Source of the DNA: an uncultured virus (IMG/VR IMGVR_UViG_3300050138_000133)
Lineage: Duplodnaviria; Heunggongvirae; Uroviricota; Caudoviricetes
Direction: 5' to 3' (one strand)
DNA: 64,000 nucleotides
Virus record (IMG/VR): IMGVR_UViG_3300050138_000133
Shown here: positions 45,611 through 55,900 of the stretch, one piece after another
Layout: each line of letters begins with the position of its first letter
How positions within the stretch are numbered: position 1 is the stretch's first letter
Notes under the pieces: model-generated
Database searches by the model: none
What the model was told of the DNA's origin: nothing
Seen by the model: the letters and a program-made list of their open reading frames with translations, nothing else
Program-made: the position numbers and the translations under genes

Positions 45611-46014
45611 GCTTCTACGGCCTCGTCGGCCTTGCGGCGCTGCGCCACGACAGATCCGGCATAAGCGGCGCCGGCCTGAAATACGCGAAAGTCGGGATCA
45701 AGGAAAAGTTTGGTTCCGAGTTCCTTGGTGTATTTGATCGGCGTCACTTCGTCGTCTTCCGTCAGTCCTTCGACGTCGAGAACGACGGTCTCTAGCAGAA
45801 GTTTGCCGGCGATACGATCCTGATCGGCAGGGCTTACACCCTCCGCGCGTTGCGTGCGCGGGATCTCGCGGACCATCTTTCCTTCTAGGATTCGATAGTC
45901 GACGTTGTTCGTCCCGCGCGCCTTGATACGGATACCCGGAAGATCCGGAATGCCGTCGACCCAGTCGCCCTGTTCGATGAGCGCTGAGTCGACCTTGATT
46001 GCAGAAAGCTTCAT
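45601..46014 (-). CDS. Tail assembly chaperone G
   Basis: EQGDWV...RIKARG.NN..Y...ends AKN*. Confidence 0.85.
   Translation of the reverse strand: MKLSAIKVDSALIEQGDWVDGIPDLPGIRIKARGTNNVDYRILEGKMVREIPRTQRAEGVSPADQDRIAGKLLLETVVLDVEGLTEDDEVTPIKYTKELGTKLFLDPDFRVFQAGAAYAGSVVAQRRKADEAVEAKN
45604..45610 (-). promoter_or_regulatory. Programmed -1 frameshift slippery site
   Basis: A AAA AAC directly before the TAA of the G chaperone. Confidence 0.85.
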
Positions 46015-46032
46015 AGATTCTCCTGATTTAGC

Positions 46033-46953
46033 TCAAGCCCGATTTCGAAGGCCGGTCTTATTAGGCGGCGCATCTATGGGAAGCCCGCGCTTAAGTCGGT
46101 AAGCTATCGTCGATATATTCAGTCCAAGTTTGCGAGCAAGATGGGCCATACTCGGATATTTTTCGGATCCGACGATCTCGATCGAACGGTGACGTTGCAC
46201 CCTCGCGACCTTAAATTCATTCAGCGGCAGGGGTGCTGGTCGCCCCAAATTGATCTGATCAACATATTCGGCTGCTCCATCTCGGAGCCAATTATACACC
46301 GTGCGTCTAGTGACGCCTCTTTGCCGCGCAGTTTCGTGAACAGAACCGTATTCGCTTCCATCGACATGAACGGCCCGCGATAGAACACTTTCCGCACCTC
46401 CCTTTCTGGGAGAAAGTTTGGCTAATTCCTTACCTCGAATTGACTGCGCGGCCCTCTGTTCTGCAGTCCAAATTCGGTTCAACCTTCCTCTTTCCAGATT
46501 AATCCTAGCGAAGGCTCTTTGATCATCTGTAAGTTTTCGGCCGGGTCTACCTCGAAGCTTAGAAACTCTTTTCTCGATCGTTTCAGGCGACTGTTTCGTG
46601 AAGTTACCGGCCTCGCCACCCGCTCTAATATTGCAGAGATTAAAACCCCATGATTTCATCACGTCGATCCAGAAACATTCAGCCTCAGTCCAATCGCCGT
46701 TTTCTGGTATTATCTCCAGATCGAATATTTCCGGGCGCATGTCTAAATTCAGCAGTGAATTAACCCAATGTGTAACCCAACAACCGCGAGAAGTTTCAGC
46801 GCGATTTTTGGCATGAGAGATATGCATCGCCAATCTAATACGGGTTTTCTGCGTCGTCTTTCCGACGTATCTTACCTCGCCAGTTCTCGGATCGGCCAGC
46901 GCATAGATGCATGTCTTATGATCTACGCGCTGCCACTTCTTGGCCGGAATCAT
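46033..46953 (-). CDS. GIY-YIG homing-type endonuclease with NUMOD3/NUMOD1-like DNA-binding repeats
   Basis: IYALADPRTGEVRYVGKT...E.FWI...N...GG; QSPETIEKRVSKLRGR. Confidence 0.88.
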   Translation of the reverse strand: MIPAKKWQRVDHKTCIYALADPRTGEVRYVGKTTQKTRIRLAMHISHAKNRAETSRGCWVTHWVNSLLNLDMRPEIFDLEIIPENGDWTEAECFWIDVMKSWGFNLCNIRAGGEAGNFTKQSPETIEKRVSKLRGRPGRKLTDDQRAFARINLERGRLNRIWTAEQRAAQSIRGKELAKLSPRKGGAESVLSRAVHVDGSEYGSVHETARQRGVTRRTVYNWLRDGAAEYVDQINLGRPAPLPLNEFKVARVQRHRSIEIVGSEKYPSMAHLARKLGLNISTIAYRLKRGLPIDAPPNKTGLRNRA

Positions 46954-46978
46954 TGGCTCTTCCGCTTTGTTTGAAAGT

Positions 46979-47026
46979 TTGATACCATAATACCAACGCT
47001 ATCCCACGTCAATACCATGGTATCAA
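46979..47026. promoter_or_regulatory. Inverted-repeat operator between divergent genes
   Basis: TTGATACCAT (46979-46988) and ATGGTATCAA (47017-47026), extra ATACCA copies. Confidence 0.7.
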
Positions 47027-47032
47027 AGTATC

Positions 47033-47188
47033 ATGCCTAAAGAAGAAAGCCTGCCCGTCATGGTGCGCCTTTCGCCAAATTTGGCGAAATTGGTGGACGA
47101 TTGGAGACGCAAGAAAGAAGATTTGCCAGGCCGTCCAGAGGCGATCCGCCGCCTAATTGAGCAAGCGCTCAAATCAAAAAAGACCTAG
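47033..47188 (+). CDS. Ribbon-helix-helix (CopG-like) protein, 51 aa, leaderless
   Basis: VMVRLSPNLAKLVDDWRR...PGRPEAIRRLIEQAL. Confidence 0.85.
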   Translation: MPKEESLPVMVRLSPNLAKLVDDWRRKKEDLPGRPEAIRRLIEQALKSKKT

Positions 47189-48672
47189 ATGATCGGTAGA
47201 TAAAAAAACCTGGAAACGCTAAGCGTATACAGTTTGGTCGCATCCATGATGGCCGTAAACGCTGATGGAATGGTAACGTCAGTGTTCTTCCCGCTCACGC
47301 TCGGGGAGCCGCTGCTGAGCTTAATGCTCGGGAAATCGAATAGATAGGACTCGCGATTTCCATCAGAACGGCCGAGACGCATATCGAAACTCGTCAGCGT
47401 GTTATTGATGATCTTGTTATAGATCGTTGCATCGCCGAAATAGGTGGTTAGTGTGCCGGTGACGGTGAATTCGCCGTTACCAGTCCCTACTGCGCCGATT
47501 GAACCAACGGCCGTTTGCGACCGAATGTTGTTATTGATGTTGAAGGCTGCGGCTAGAACGTAATTAGGCCCGACGATAGTTGATCCGTCAAAGCCTATGC
47601 GTCCGACATTCGTCGACGTATTGAGAACGCCGTAGGTCGGTGCTGCAATGTCGGTCGCACCTGATGCTCGCGTGCTGGTGATGGAGGCGCTCTTTCCCAG
47701 ATAATTCTTGGTATAGGTCGCGATGGCTTGCGCCTTCGTATCTACCGCCATCGTGTTGAGCGTCATGCCGAGAAAATATTCGTAATCGACCGGGCTATGA
47801 TCAAGATATTGTCGCTCGATCGTGTTTGAGCGCTTGGTCGATCCGTTCGAAAGAAAGTCGCCAAAGAAGACACGGAGAGTGATACCTGTACCAGCGTCGG
47901 CCGCCCAACTGGCCGGGACACGGTCAAGCGTCAACTTATGCGTGGCGATGGCTGACACGCGGCAGAAGCCGTTGCACGCAGGAGTAATGGTGAACGCATC
48001 GCCAGCATGATCGCCGTCGCCGGGCTTGATCCATTCTCCCACCGAGATTCCCAACGTGGTGAAATCTAGAACGGTCGACGTCAGTGCGTTTCCTGGCGAA
48101 GTTATTGCAACCAAATCGCCAGACGCGCCAGAGAAACCAACAACGCGCAAGGATGCCCCGGTAGGCGGCGATGCATCTGCCGTGAAAGTCGATGTCGGAA
48201 ATACGACGGTGGTCGCGCTCGACGATGCGACCGTGGCCAGCAGATTATTGTTAGCTGCTGCGGTGAATCCGCCAGCGAGAACTAACATGCCAGCAACGAA
48301 TGGCGTTCCCAGCGGAGTGGTGACCGTCGCCGTGGTAGTGGTGATTGCCGAAATCGGCGTACCAGCCCCGGTATTAATGATCGATGGATTGTTTGACCAC
48401 GTTCCTTGCAGCGCCTCTTCGAGATCATTATCCGCGACATTGAATGCAAGTTCGCCGCCGACTGCGCCGCTAGCATCTTCACCGACGAGGATAAGGTCAG
48501 AAATTTGCCGATCGCTTCTAATCTCTGACGTTATAACGGTTTTCGGATTCGCATTCAGTCCGCTCGACGTTTCGCGGATAGTATTGAAAATCGGACTCGT
48601 CGGAGTAACGCCGAACGTTGTCTCCCTGCAGGCACTGAGTTTTACGCGGTTCGTCGATTGGAGATCAGTCAT
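47185..48672 (-). CDS. Major tail tube protein
   Basis: ETTFGVTP...SEIRSDRQ...GEL...GEFTVTGTLTTYF. Confidence 0.88.
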   Translation of the reverse strand: MTDLQSTNRVKLSACRETTFGVTPTSPIFNTIRETSSGLNANPKTVITSEIRSDRQISDLILVGEDASGAVGGELAFNVADNDLEEALQGTWSNNPSIINTGAGTPISAITTTTATVTTPLGTPFVAGMLVLAGGFTAAANNNLLATVASSSATTVVFPTSTFTADASPPTGASLRVVGFSGASGDLVAITSPGNALTSTVLDFTTLGISVGEWIKPGDGDHAGDAFTITPACNGFCRVSAIATHKLTLDRVPASWAADAGTGITLRVFFGDFLSNGSTKRSNTIERQYLDHSPVDYEYFLGMTLNTMAVDTKAQAIATYTKNYLGKSASITSTRASGATDIAAPTYGVLNTSTNVGRIGFDGSTIVGPNYVLAAAFNINNNIRSQTAVGSIGAVGTGNGEFTVTGTLTTYFGDATIYNKIINNTLTSFDMRLGRSDGNRESYLFDFPSIKLSSGSPSVSGKNTDVTIPSAFTAIMDATKLYTLSVSRFFYLPII

Positions 48673-48726
48673 TTAAGACTCCATAGGCAAGCCGGCGCGC
48701 CGGACAGATAAAATTGCGAGGGATGA

Positions 48727-49137
48727 TTAGGCGAACAGATCCAGATAATAAGGAACTGAGGAAGATATGATGAACTTGCCGCCGACGTAGTTCGAGTTGT
48801 CGACGACACCTGGACTCGGCGCATAAGTCGTAACACCTGAGAATTGTTTGCCGCGGAAGATTATGCGAAGAAGATCAATCCACGCGAGCGGTTGACTTAG
48901 CCCTTGTCCCGTCGGCGATATTAGAACGATCCGAAACGCGCCGGATTCCCGAAACACGTTATTACCCGGAGAGCCGATCGTGATCTGATTTTCGACTGAA
49001 ACGGGATATTCAATCGTGACATATGGCGAACCGTCACCAGTCCCGAGTCCCGACGAATCATCATCGACGATAGCTGTTGTCGTCCAATTCGCGGCGAGCA
49101 TCGCAGATACCGCGTCAACCACCGCTTTGCCAGCCAT
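48727..49137 (-). CDS. Tail terminator-like protein
   Basis: Position; FRESG...FRGKQF. Confidence 0.7.
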   Translation of the reverse strand: MAGKAVVDAVSAMLAANWTTTAIVDDDSSGLGTGDGSPYVTIEYPVSVENQITIGSPGNNVFRESGAFRIVLISPTGQGLSQPLAWIDLLRIIFRGKQFSGVTTYAPSPGVVDNSNYVGGKFIISSSVPYYLDLFA

Positions 49138-49140
49138 GCT

Positions 49141-49746
49141 TTACGACCCTAGCGTTACGGTGATGGCTGGCGTCAGATGTTCTGAAGAACCATCTAACGG
49201 CGTGCGGTATGAAAAGCTGATATTGGCCTGACTGCCAAACTGCTGTTGCGCCAATGTCGCCACTGCCTCGAACACGCCGTTCGGTGCCTGTTTTGATTCC
49301 GGAGGCTTGGATTCGCCTTCGATCTTGCTGGCGTAGGCGACAATCGATTCGAAAATATATGCTGCCGCCTGCGGAATGATGCCGTTCGGATCGATTACCG
49401 CGCCGTCGGCAAATAGTTCGAATGAAGATTTGAACCGCCCGCTGCGGACCGGAGCGAATTGTTGCAACATCCGCGCGATCCACGGAAAAATGTCGGACGA
49501 CAGACTGAACGCATATTCTATCGTGCCGTCTGGTCGAACCTTGTCTTCGTCGGCACCCGCAACGCCATCAACCGTCGTCAGATGATCCGGGACGGATCCC
49601 AGCGCGTCCGAATTGGTCTTTTCGGTCTCTGCGAGAGTTTCCCGTGCAAAATCGGCAAGCGCGGAACTTCTGGCCTGCGGCGAAAATTCTTCGTTCGTGA
49701 TGGCCTCAATATCGAGGTCGATTGAATCAATCGAGCCTTCGAACAT
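49141..49746 (-). CDS. Tail completion/neck protein
   Basis: APVRSG.F..S...YA.KIE...SKQAPNGVFE. Confidence 0.7.
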   Translation of the reverse strand: MFEGSIDSIDLDIEAITNEEFSPQARSSALADFARETLAETEKTNSDALGSVPDHLTTVDGVAGADEDKVRPDGTIEYAFSLSSDIFPWIARMLQQFAPVRSGRFKSSFELFADGAVIDPNGIIPQAAAYIFESIVAYASKIEGESKPPESKQAPNGVFEAVATLAQQQFGSQANISFSYRTPLDGSSEHLTPAITVTLGS

Positions 49747-50138
49747 TAGCCGGCGACCCTCATATCGATCCGTACCAATTCACCATTGATGAATTTCGGA
49801 TTAGAGAACGCCACCGCCTTTGGCGGCTGCCCGCGCATCAGAACCTTGTCAGTCGGCCCCGCGCGTGGGACGCGTCGATCGAGATTGAACGGCGGAAGTG
49901 CCTGAATTGACCCGCCCGGCCATTGCGCGTCGTTGATCTGGGTGGGCGAAATGATGACGTTAAGATCCGTTGCGGGAATTCCAGCCACAAGCTGCGTATC
50001 GGTCGCCGCGTCCACGCGCGCGCGGCACGTCACGTCGACGCTGATCTGGTTCGGCGCCGCTCCAACGGTGCGGCGAAGGATGATATCCTCGCCGGACTGG
50101 GCTAAAGCGTTATCCAGCGCGGCGATAAGATCGGACAC
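49746..50138 (-). CDS. Head closure-like protein
   Basis: LDNAL...GEDIILRR...IISPT...VRIDM.V.G. Confidence 0.7.
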   Translation of the reverse strand: MSDLIAALDNALAQSGEDIILRRTVGAAPNQISVDVTCRARVDAATDTQLVAGIPATDLNVIISPTQINDAQWPGGSIQALPPFNLDRRVPRAGPTDKVLMRGQPPKAVAFSNPKFINGELVRIDMRVAG

Positions 50139-50522
50139 CTATTTCTGTCCCCAACTTGCCGCCGGTTCAGTGGGCTTCGATTGATCGGATGTATTCGATG
50201 AATCGTCCAAAGGGTCACCACCGTTTGCGCCTTCGAGTGCAGTGACAAATGTTTCGATCTCGCCGATAAGGGCCGCCTTGGAGTCAACCTTCTGGTGACC
50301 TTTGGCCAGCGCGGCCTGGCCGCGCGGACCCAGCGCATCAACCTTGACCATCAGCTTGCCAGCACCATCTTCAAGATCGTGCTCAAGTTTCTTCATCGCT
50401 TCCGCGAGGCCCTGAAGTTTTGGCGTTGCCATATTGCTCTTTCTGTATTCCTGATTGGTGTCATAGACCGCAATGCTCAGTCTGGCCGCGAACCAATCAA
50501 GATCGTTCTGTGTTACTGGCAT
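50139..50522 (-). CDS. Hypothetical protein (start may be 50432)
   Basis: Abuts the head-closure gene. Confidence 0.6.
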   Translation of the reverse strand: MPVTQNDLDWFAARLSIAVYDTNQEYRKSNMATPKLQGLAEAMKKLEHDLEDGAGKLMVKVDALGPRGQAALAKGHQKVDSKAALIGEIETFVTALEGANGGDPLDDSSNTSDQSKPTEPAASWGQK

Positions 50523-50571
50523 TCATCCGCCGAGACGATTGATCGCGACGAATGCCGTTAGGCTGTCCATT

Positions 50572-50973
50572 TCATCGCACGGAGGCTCGGACGGCAAGTG
50601 TCGTTCCGGAATACGTTCCGGTTGTCGTTATGATCGCCGCGAGTTGATCTCCGAGTACGCCGTCATTCACGCCCTCGGACGCCAGATCGGCATAGGCCGT
50701 GACCCCCATCGAAAGCAGTCCTTCGAGATTACATTGCTTCACGGCAGATGCTGTCGCGAAATCGAACCTAGCGATGTGCCTAAATGTTGTTCCGTTGTCA
50801 AAACTCGTAGCTACGATGATACTCGCCGTACCCGATCCAGATCCATATCTGAAATCGACGTCAAGCGTGACTGCCGTCATCCCTCCAAGATTTGTGATTG
50901 GCGTCAGCAAGCTTTGCGGCATCGCCGCAGCGAGCTGTACAACGGCAAGGGGATAGACTTTAGCATTGTCCAT
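50572..50973 (-). CDS. Putative virion structural protein
   Basis: Beta-rich, F.YGSG.GT...TS.D.G. Confidence 0.7.
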   Translation of the reverse strand: MDNAKVYPLAVVQLAAAMPQSLLTPITNLGGMTAVTLDVDFRYGSGSGTASIIVATSFDNGTTFRHIARFDFATASAVKQCNLEGLLSMGVTAYADLASEGVNDGVLGDQLAAIITTTGTYSGTTLAVRASVR

Positions 50974-50997
50974 GTCAGTCTAACGCCCCTTTGTCAG

Positions 50998-51603
50998 TCA
51001 ATTTCCGAGTGTGATCGCGTCAAATTCTGAAGGCGGCATGGCACCGTGCACATCAAGAAACCGCACCCGAACCTGCCCGATAAATACCAATACCTGACCA
51101 GCAACCGCCTGCACGGAAACACCGACCAAACTCGCTAAGCCGGCGTATAGGCTCGACACGCTACCGGCTGCGGTGGTGGCTTGATCGCCAGTGAGCGAAA
51201 CCGAGATTGGCAGCAAACCAGCCTGCCCAACGGCCTCAGCGCCTATCAAGTTTTCGGACGGCGATAGGCTGAGCGACCCTGCCAAGACGCTGGCTTGTGC
51301 TCCATTGAGCGGCGCATTGGTCGTACCGGAGAGCGAGACGTTGCCCGCCAAGGCAGCAGCGATTGCCCCGATCAGTGTCAAAGCAACGCTTGGCTTCAGT
51401 GTGCCAGCAGCAGTCGACACGCCAGAACCCGCTAAAGCGACGCTTAGGGATGGCAGTATCGAACCCGCCGAAACCGTAGCCACGGCCCCGCCAATAACGA
51501 ATGCGTCTTGCGGTGCTAATGATCCAGGATTAGCGGCGCAACTGGCGCCAGATATCGAGACGTTGAGGTCAGCAACCGAGTCGTTGAGCAATAAAAGAAT
51601 CAT
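50998..51603 (-). CDS. Ala/Gly/Ser-rich repetitive structural protein
   Basis: Roughly 23-aa L.G..A...AG.L repeats. Confidence 0.7.
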   Translation of the reverse strand: MILLLLNDSVADLNVSISGASCAANPGSLAPQDAFVIGGAVATVSAGSILPSLSVALAGSGVSTAAGTLKPSVALTLIGAIAAALAGNVSLSGTTNAPLNGAQASVLAGSLSLSPSENLIGAEAVGQAGLLPISVSLTGDQATTAAGSVSSLYAGLASLVGVSVQAVAGQVLVFIGQVRVRFLDVHGAMPPSEFDAITLGN

Positions 51604-51710
51604 ATTAATTCCGATTGCTTAGAAGCTTATTGCTCCGTCCATTAGGACAATGAAACTCGTTATCCGAGCCTCATTTTTTAATTAAGATAGCCCCGTTTTG
51701 CTGCTATCAT

Positions 51711-52622
51711 TTACATAACTCCCGTTCCATTAACCAGCGAACCGCTAGTTGCCGTTGCGTTCGCCATGGTGAAGTTGCCGGTGTTGGGACTAATCGTTCC
51801 AGTCCAACCGTTACCAGCCCCGCGATTGTTGACGCCGGGATAAAAGCCGTTGTTTTGGCCAGAGCATGACCCACCCTCATTCGTCGGATCACCAAAGCAA
51901 ATTGTCCATGACGGCAGATTGACAAAAGCGTTATTGATAATCTGAAGTCCAGTTATTGAACCGTTGTCTTCAGACACGTTCAATCCGGAATTCAATTCGG
52001 TGTTATAGTCATGTCCATCAAAATAATTGTGCTGAATGGTGGTACCGGTACTCGAATAGACTTCCATCAAGTCGGCATGACGCACTCCGGTTCCTAGTGC
52101 GGCATGCAACCAATTATCTATGATAAGACAACTGGCCCATCCATTACCAAGATCGTTCTCAGCATTGACGATATTGCAACGTCGAATGGTTGCGTTAGAA
52201 GATTCAAAATTAGAACCGCCACCATAAGAGATACCCATCAACTGATCGGCGCTGCCGGTAGCATCGACCAAACAATCCTCGATTATGGTGCCCCCTGATC
52301 CCAGACCAACTGTTGCGTAACCTCCAGCCGTAATGCGGCAACGCTTTAACGTCACATTGGCATGAGTGATAACAAACCCAGCCGTCAGGTTAAGGCCGCT
52401 GATAACCTGACCATCAGAGGTGCTGCCTGTGACGCTGGAATTGGTAAGGACCAGCGATTGTCGAACGTCATTAGTAGTCGACGCACCTCCAGCAACTGGA
52501 CCAACCCACGTCAGCGTGCTGCCCGAGATCGACGGCCTATTATCTACCGAAGGCCAATGAGCAGTATTGTCGTAACCGGCTGGCGTGGAGGCCGTTGCAA
52601 AACTGAGTAGCCCAACGGTCAT
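51711..52622 (-). CDS. Right-handed beta-helix (pectin lyase-like) protein
   Basis: NVTLKRCRI, TIIEDC, TIRRCNI, IIDNWLH, H.D...TTIQHNYF rungs. Confidence 0.75.
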   Translation of the reverse strand: MTVGLLSFATASTPAGYDNTAHWPSVDNRPSISGSTLTWVGPVAGGASTTNDVRQSLVLTNSSVTGSTSDGQVISGLNLTAGFVITHANVTLKRCRITAGGYATVGLGSGGTIIEDCLVDATGSADQLMGISYGGGSNFESSNATIRRCNIVNAENDLGNGWASCLIIDNWLHAALGTGVRHADLMEVYSSTGTTIQHNYFDGHDYNTELNSGLNVSEDNGSITGLQIINNAFVNLPSWTICFGDPTNEGGSCSGQNNGFYPGVNNRGAGNGWTGTISPNTGNFTMANATATSGSLVNGTGVM

Positions 52623-52767
52623 TAGTTCGATGCCACTGTTGCTTCTTAATTTGACGAGCGGATTAGGTTAGGGGTAGGGTTAAGCACGAAGTCGCGAACG
52701 TCATTTCAGAAGCGTTCCCTGCGCGATAGGTGGGGTAGCGTCCACAGTGAATCCGGAGGCACCATCA

Positions 52768-52986
52768 ATGAAGTTAAATATACCCCAACGAGCGATTACT
52801 GAATGGCATCAAAGATTCGCGTGGCTTCCTACCAGGGTAAGTGAAAACGATGTAATATGGTTAGAAAACTACCTTTGTAGGAAGATAGAGATTCCTAATA
52901 ACGGGAAATATCTCTTCCCTCCATTTCATTGGGAATACCAAACGGAAGAGGGGGCGCCCGTCTGGCGCGATGAAATGCAGTTCTAA
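52768..52986 (+). CDS. Opposite-strand moron gene
   Basis: GGAGG RBS; WHQRFAWLPTRV...WLE; TTGACG-18-TAGGGT promoter candidate at 52651-52680. Confidence 0.7.
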   Translation: MKLNIPQRAITEWHQRFAWLPTRVSENDVIWLENYLCRKIEIPNNGKYLFPPFHWEYQTEEGAPVWRDEMQF

Positions 52987-55900
52987 TTCGACGCCACCAG
53001 CGCGTCATAAGTCGGATGCCCATTAACCGGCTGTTGCCAGTTTGGACTTCCGAATCCCGACACATCGTCGCAGAAATAAAGTGACCCGAACTGGAATTTG
53101 GCTGTGACGTTTATAACGTCGGTAAACCAAGCCTGCTCCTTCACGGCGAACCCTGTCACGTTGTAGCTGTACGGGGCATTGGAGGCATAGGCCGGCATAG
53201 CCAGCCAGACTTGCTGTTGGAGCGTCCAGAGCGCAGCCTGTTCGTTCGTGCCGACACACTGGGGCAAGAACTCATAGAATTGCGGATCATTAAGCATCGC
53301 AAGGCCGCTTAATCCTGCAACAATGCCTACCGGATAGTTTCCGTTCGCGCCTTCGTACTGGACCAGACCGGGAGGATTCGGCATGGCCGATGTTCCAGCC
53401 CCGCCTGTGCCACCGATCAACAGCGGCGGCATATCGGTGATGAAATATCCCGAGTAGCCCGATCCGGGGCCGCCGTTGAACGGCTTGATCGGAGCGCCAC
53501 CGAAGGCATCGGTTCCATAGGAAAGCTGTTCGTTTACCTTGTAGTTCCAATAAGCATATTTGTTGTGCCATGTTGCTGGCGTCGAGATCGCAAGCGCCGC
53601 GCTGTCATTCATCCAGCGTCTAAGCAGTGTTGCGCCTCCCCACTGGCAAACGAACGTGCCGGAGCCCTGGTTGCTGGTATCCAAAACAACCGGATTGTAG
53701 GCTCCCATGTTGTTGATGAGGCCAGCGGCGTTCGTGACCGTCTGAGCTGAACCGTTTAGCGACCATGTTGAACCCGATCCACTTATAACAGTGGCTTCAG
53801 TGACTCCAATTCCACCCACGTTTTTGAAAGCTGCAATTTGAGGCGTGCCGGCCAGCGGCGCAGTTGTGACGGTGAGGGTTACAGTGCCGTTGAACAAAAC
53901 GGCTGGATTGATTGCGCCAGACGAAGCAATGGCCTGATAGGCAAACGTCTGCTCGTGCAATCCATCCACTGTGTATTTGGATGCCGTGCCGTCAACTTTC
54001 CATTTGCCGCTATTATATGAGCTTTCTATCGTAGACGCGACTTCGAAGTGCCCGACGGTATTGGCTTGTCCTGCCCTGATCGTATTATTGTAAAGCGCAA
54101 TTTGCGCAGAATTGGCGTCCGTGGTCTGATTGACTAAAGTTGCAAATGAGTCAGTACTCGTAGCTGCAGGAGGAATAGTGCTCTGGTAAATCTTGTTGGC
54201 TGAGTAATATCCGTAGACTGTTTGCAGATCAGTTAGAACCGCTGCTGCGGTCCTGTTCTGACCTCCCGCGCTGGCCCTCAAATCATTGATGCCATATTCG
54301 CTGATGACGTGAGAAACATATGCTCCCATGGCAACGCGATTTGCATGGCTGCTGATAAACGTTCCCAGCGCATCACCGGCTGATGCCACGCTGATGTAGC
54401 TGAGAGAGGGGCCAATGCTTCTCGCAATTTCTCCTAGGTCTCCACTTGATGTGAATTGGTCACGATAGCCCCACGCCCTACTATCGCCTACAATCAGGAC
54501 TGACGCCTTCGATGTGGTTCCGGTAATGAAGACTGGTGAAAGAACTTGTCTCGCGTCACCGCTGCTGGTCGGCGTAATAGTGCCGCTCATTGTCTGATCC
54601 GTAAGACCGGAAGCAGCAAGGGCAACAGCTTCACCGTTTCCGATGTCACATTGCGGAGAACTGGGTGAGGCGATGCCGGCAAGGTAAACCGTGCCAACGG
54701 CAGCGGTCCCAAAAATACGTACCCAAAACGCAGTGTTTATTGGAATGCTGACCGATACACTGTCGGACGTCAGCGTCGTATTAGTGGAAGCAACGCCGGA
54801 AGTCGCAGCAGAAAATTTGACCTGCGTAAAGGTGCCTGCCGGGTATTCAATCGAAGCGGTATAGGTGATGTTACCACCGCTGCCATGCTCCAACTTGTCG
54901 CCGTTCAAATTCCAATACCAATTCGGTATCCCGACTTTTAGTGATGAAATTGTGTCACGAGAGATATGGTGCGACCGCGACATGATCTGCTTGTTAGTGG
55001 TGTCGAGGATCGTGGACATGCGCGATTTTGTCGCGACTTGTCCGGTGTATGATCCACCTGGAGTATTAGAAATTGATCCTGTGAACCTTGCCAACGTTTC
55101 GTGGCGGCAAAACTGCATCGTCGTGCTGGTCGAAGGTGGAAGCGTCCAGTAGACACCATTGCCTAAACTGGTATCTTCAGCGAGCATTCCATTCGCCGCG
55201 CCCTGAACTACATTACTATCGGTTTGATAGGTGCCAGTGCCGCCAGTTCCAGACACTGCGGTCAGTTGCGCGGTGATCTTCCGGTAAGTAAATCCCCAGA
55301 ATGAGCAGGCAGCGTTACTGGTTGAAAGCCAGATTGATTGTCCCGCAGCAAGGGTATTGGTCGGGAAGTTATCGACTGTAGTGACATTCATGACGCCAGA
55401 CGAGTTAATACCAGAAATGTTAAAGCCCGTGAGTTGACCGCCGTTGCCACCTACAAGGGGCACACCTGTTGCAATATCATTCGGAAAAGTCCCCGAGCCG
55501 CCGAAGATGATCGGCAAGAATGGATATTGCCAATGCGGATTGGATGCCGAAGTATTAGAGTTGCTTGGAATCGTGACCGTTGACGGTGCAGTGTTAGCTG
55601 CATCGATTGTAAACGTTGTAGCCGACGCACTGGTTATAAAATATTTTCCGTTGCCTTGATAGATGCCTCCACCCCAATACCCTGTGGTCGAAACATTATC
55701 AAACAGATCATTACGATTCAGCGTCGGGATAAAATCAGCAATGTATTTGTCCATGCCGGTGAAATTGTCGAGCGTAGTGCGAGGGCTACCACTTTGAGTG
55801 GAAAGATTTCCGACCCACTTCGCGCGCCCTCCGGCCCCGCCAAATGCCGTTCTAATCGTGTTGAATGCGTGGGCCGCAAGATATCCAGACATCTTGTCGA

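Noticed and set aside
46015..47188. Group I intron or toxin-antitoxin pair around the GIY-YIG gene
   Set aside because: Flanking tail genes are intact and uninterrupted; RHH and nuclease are divergent, not an operon
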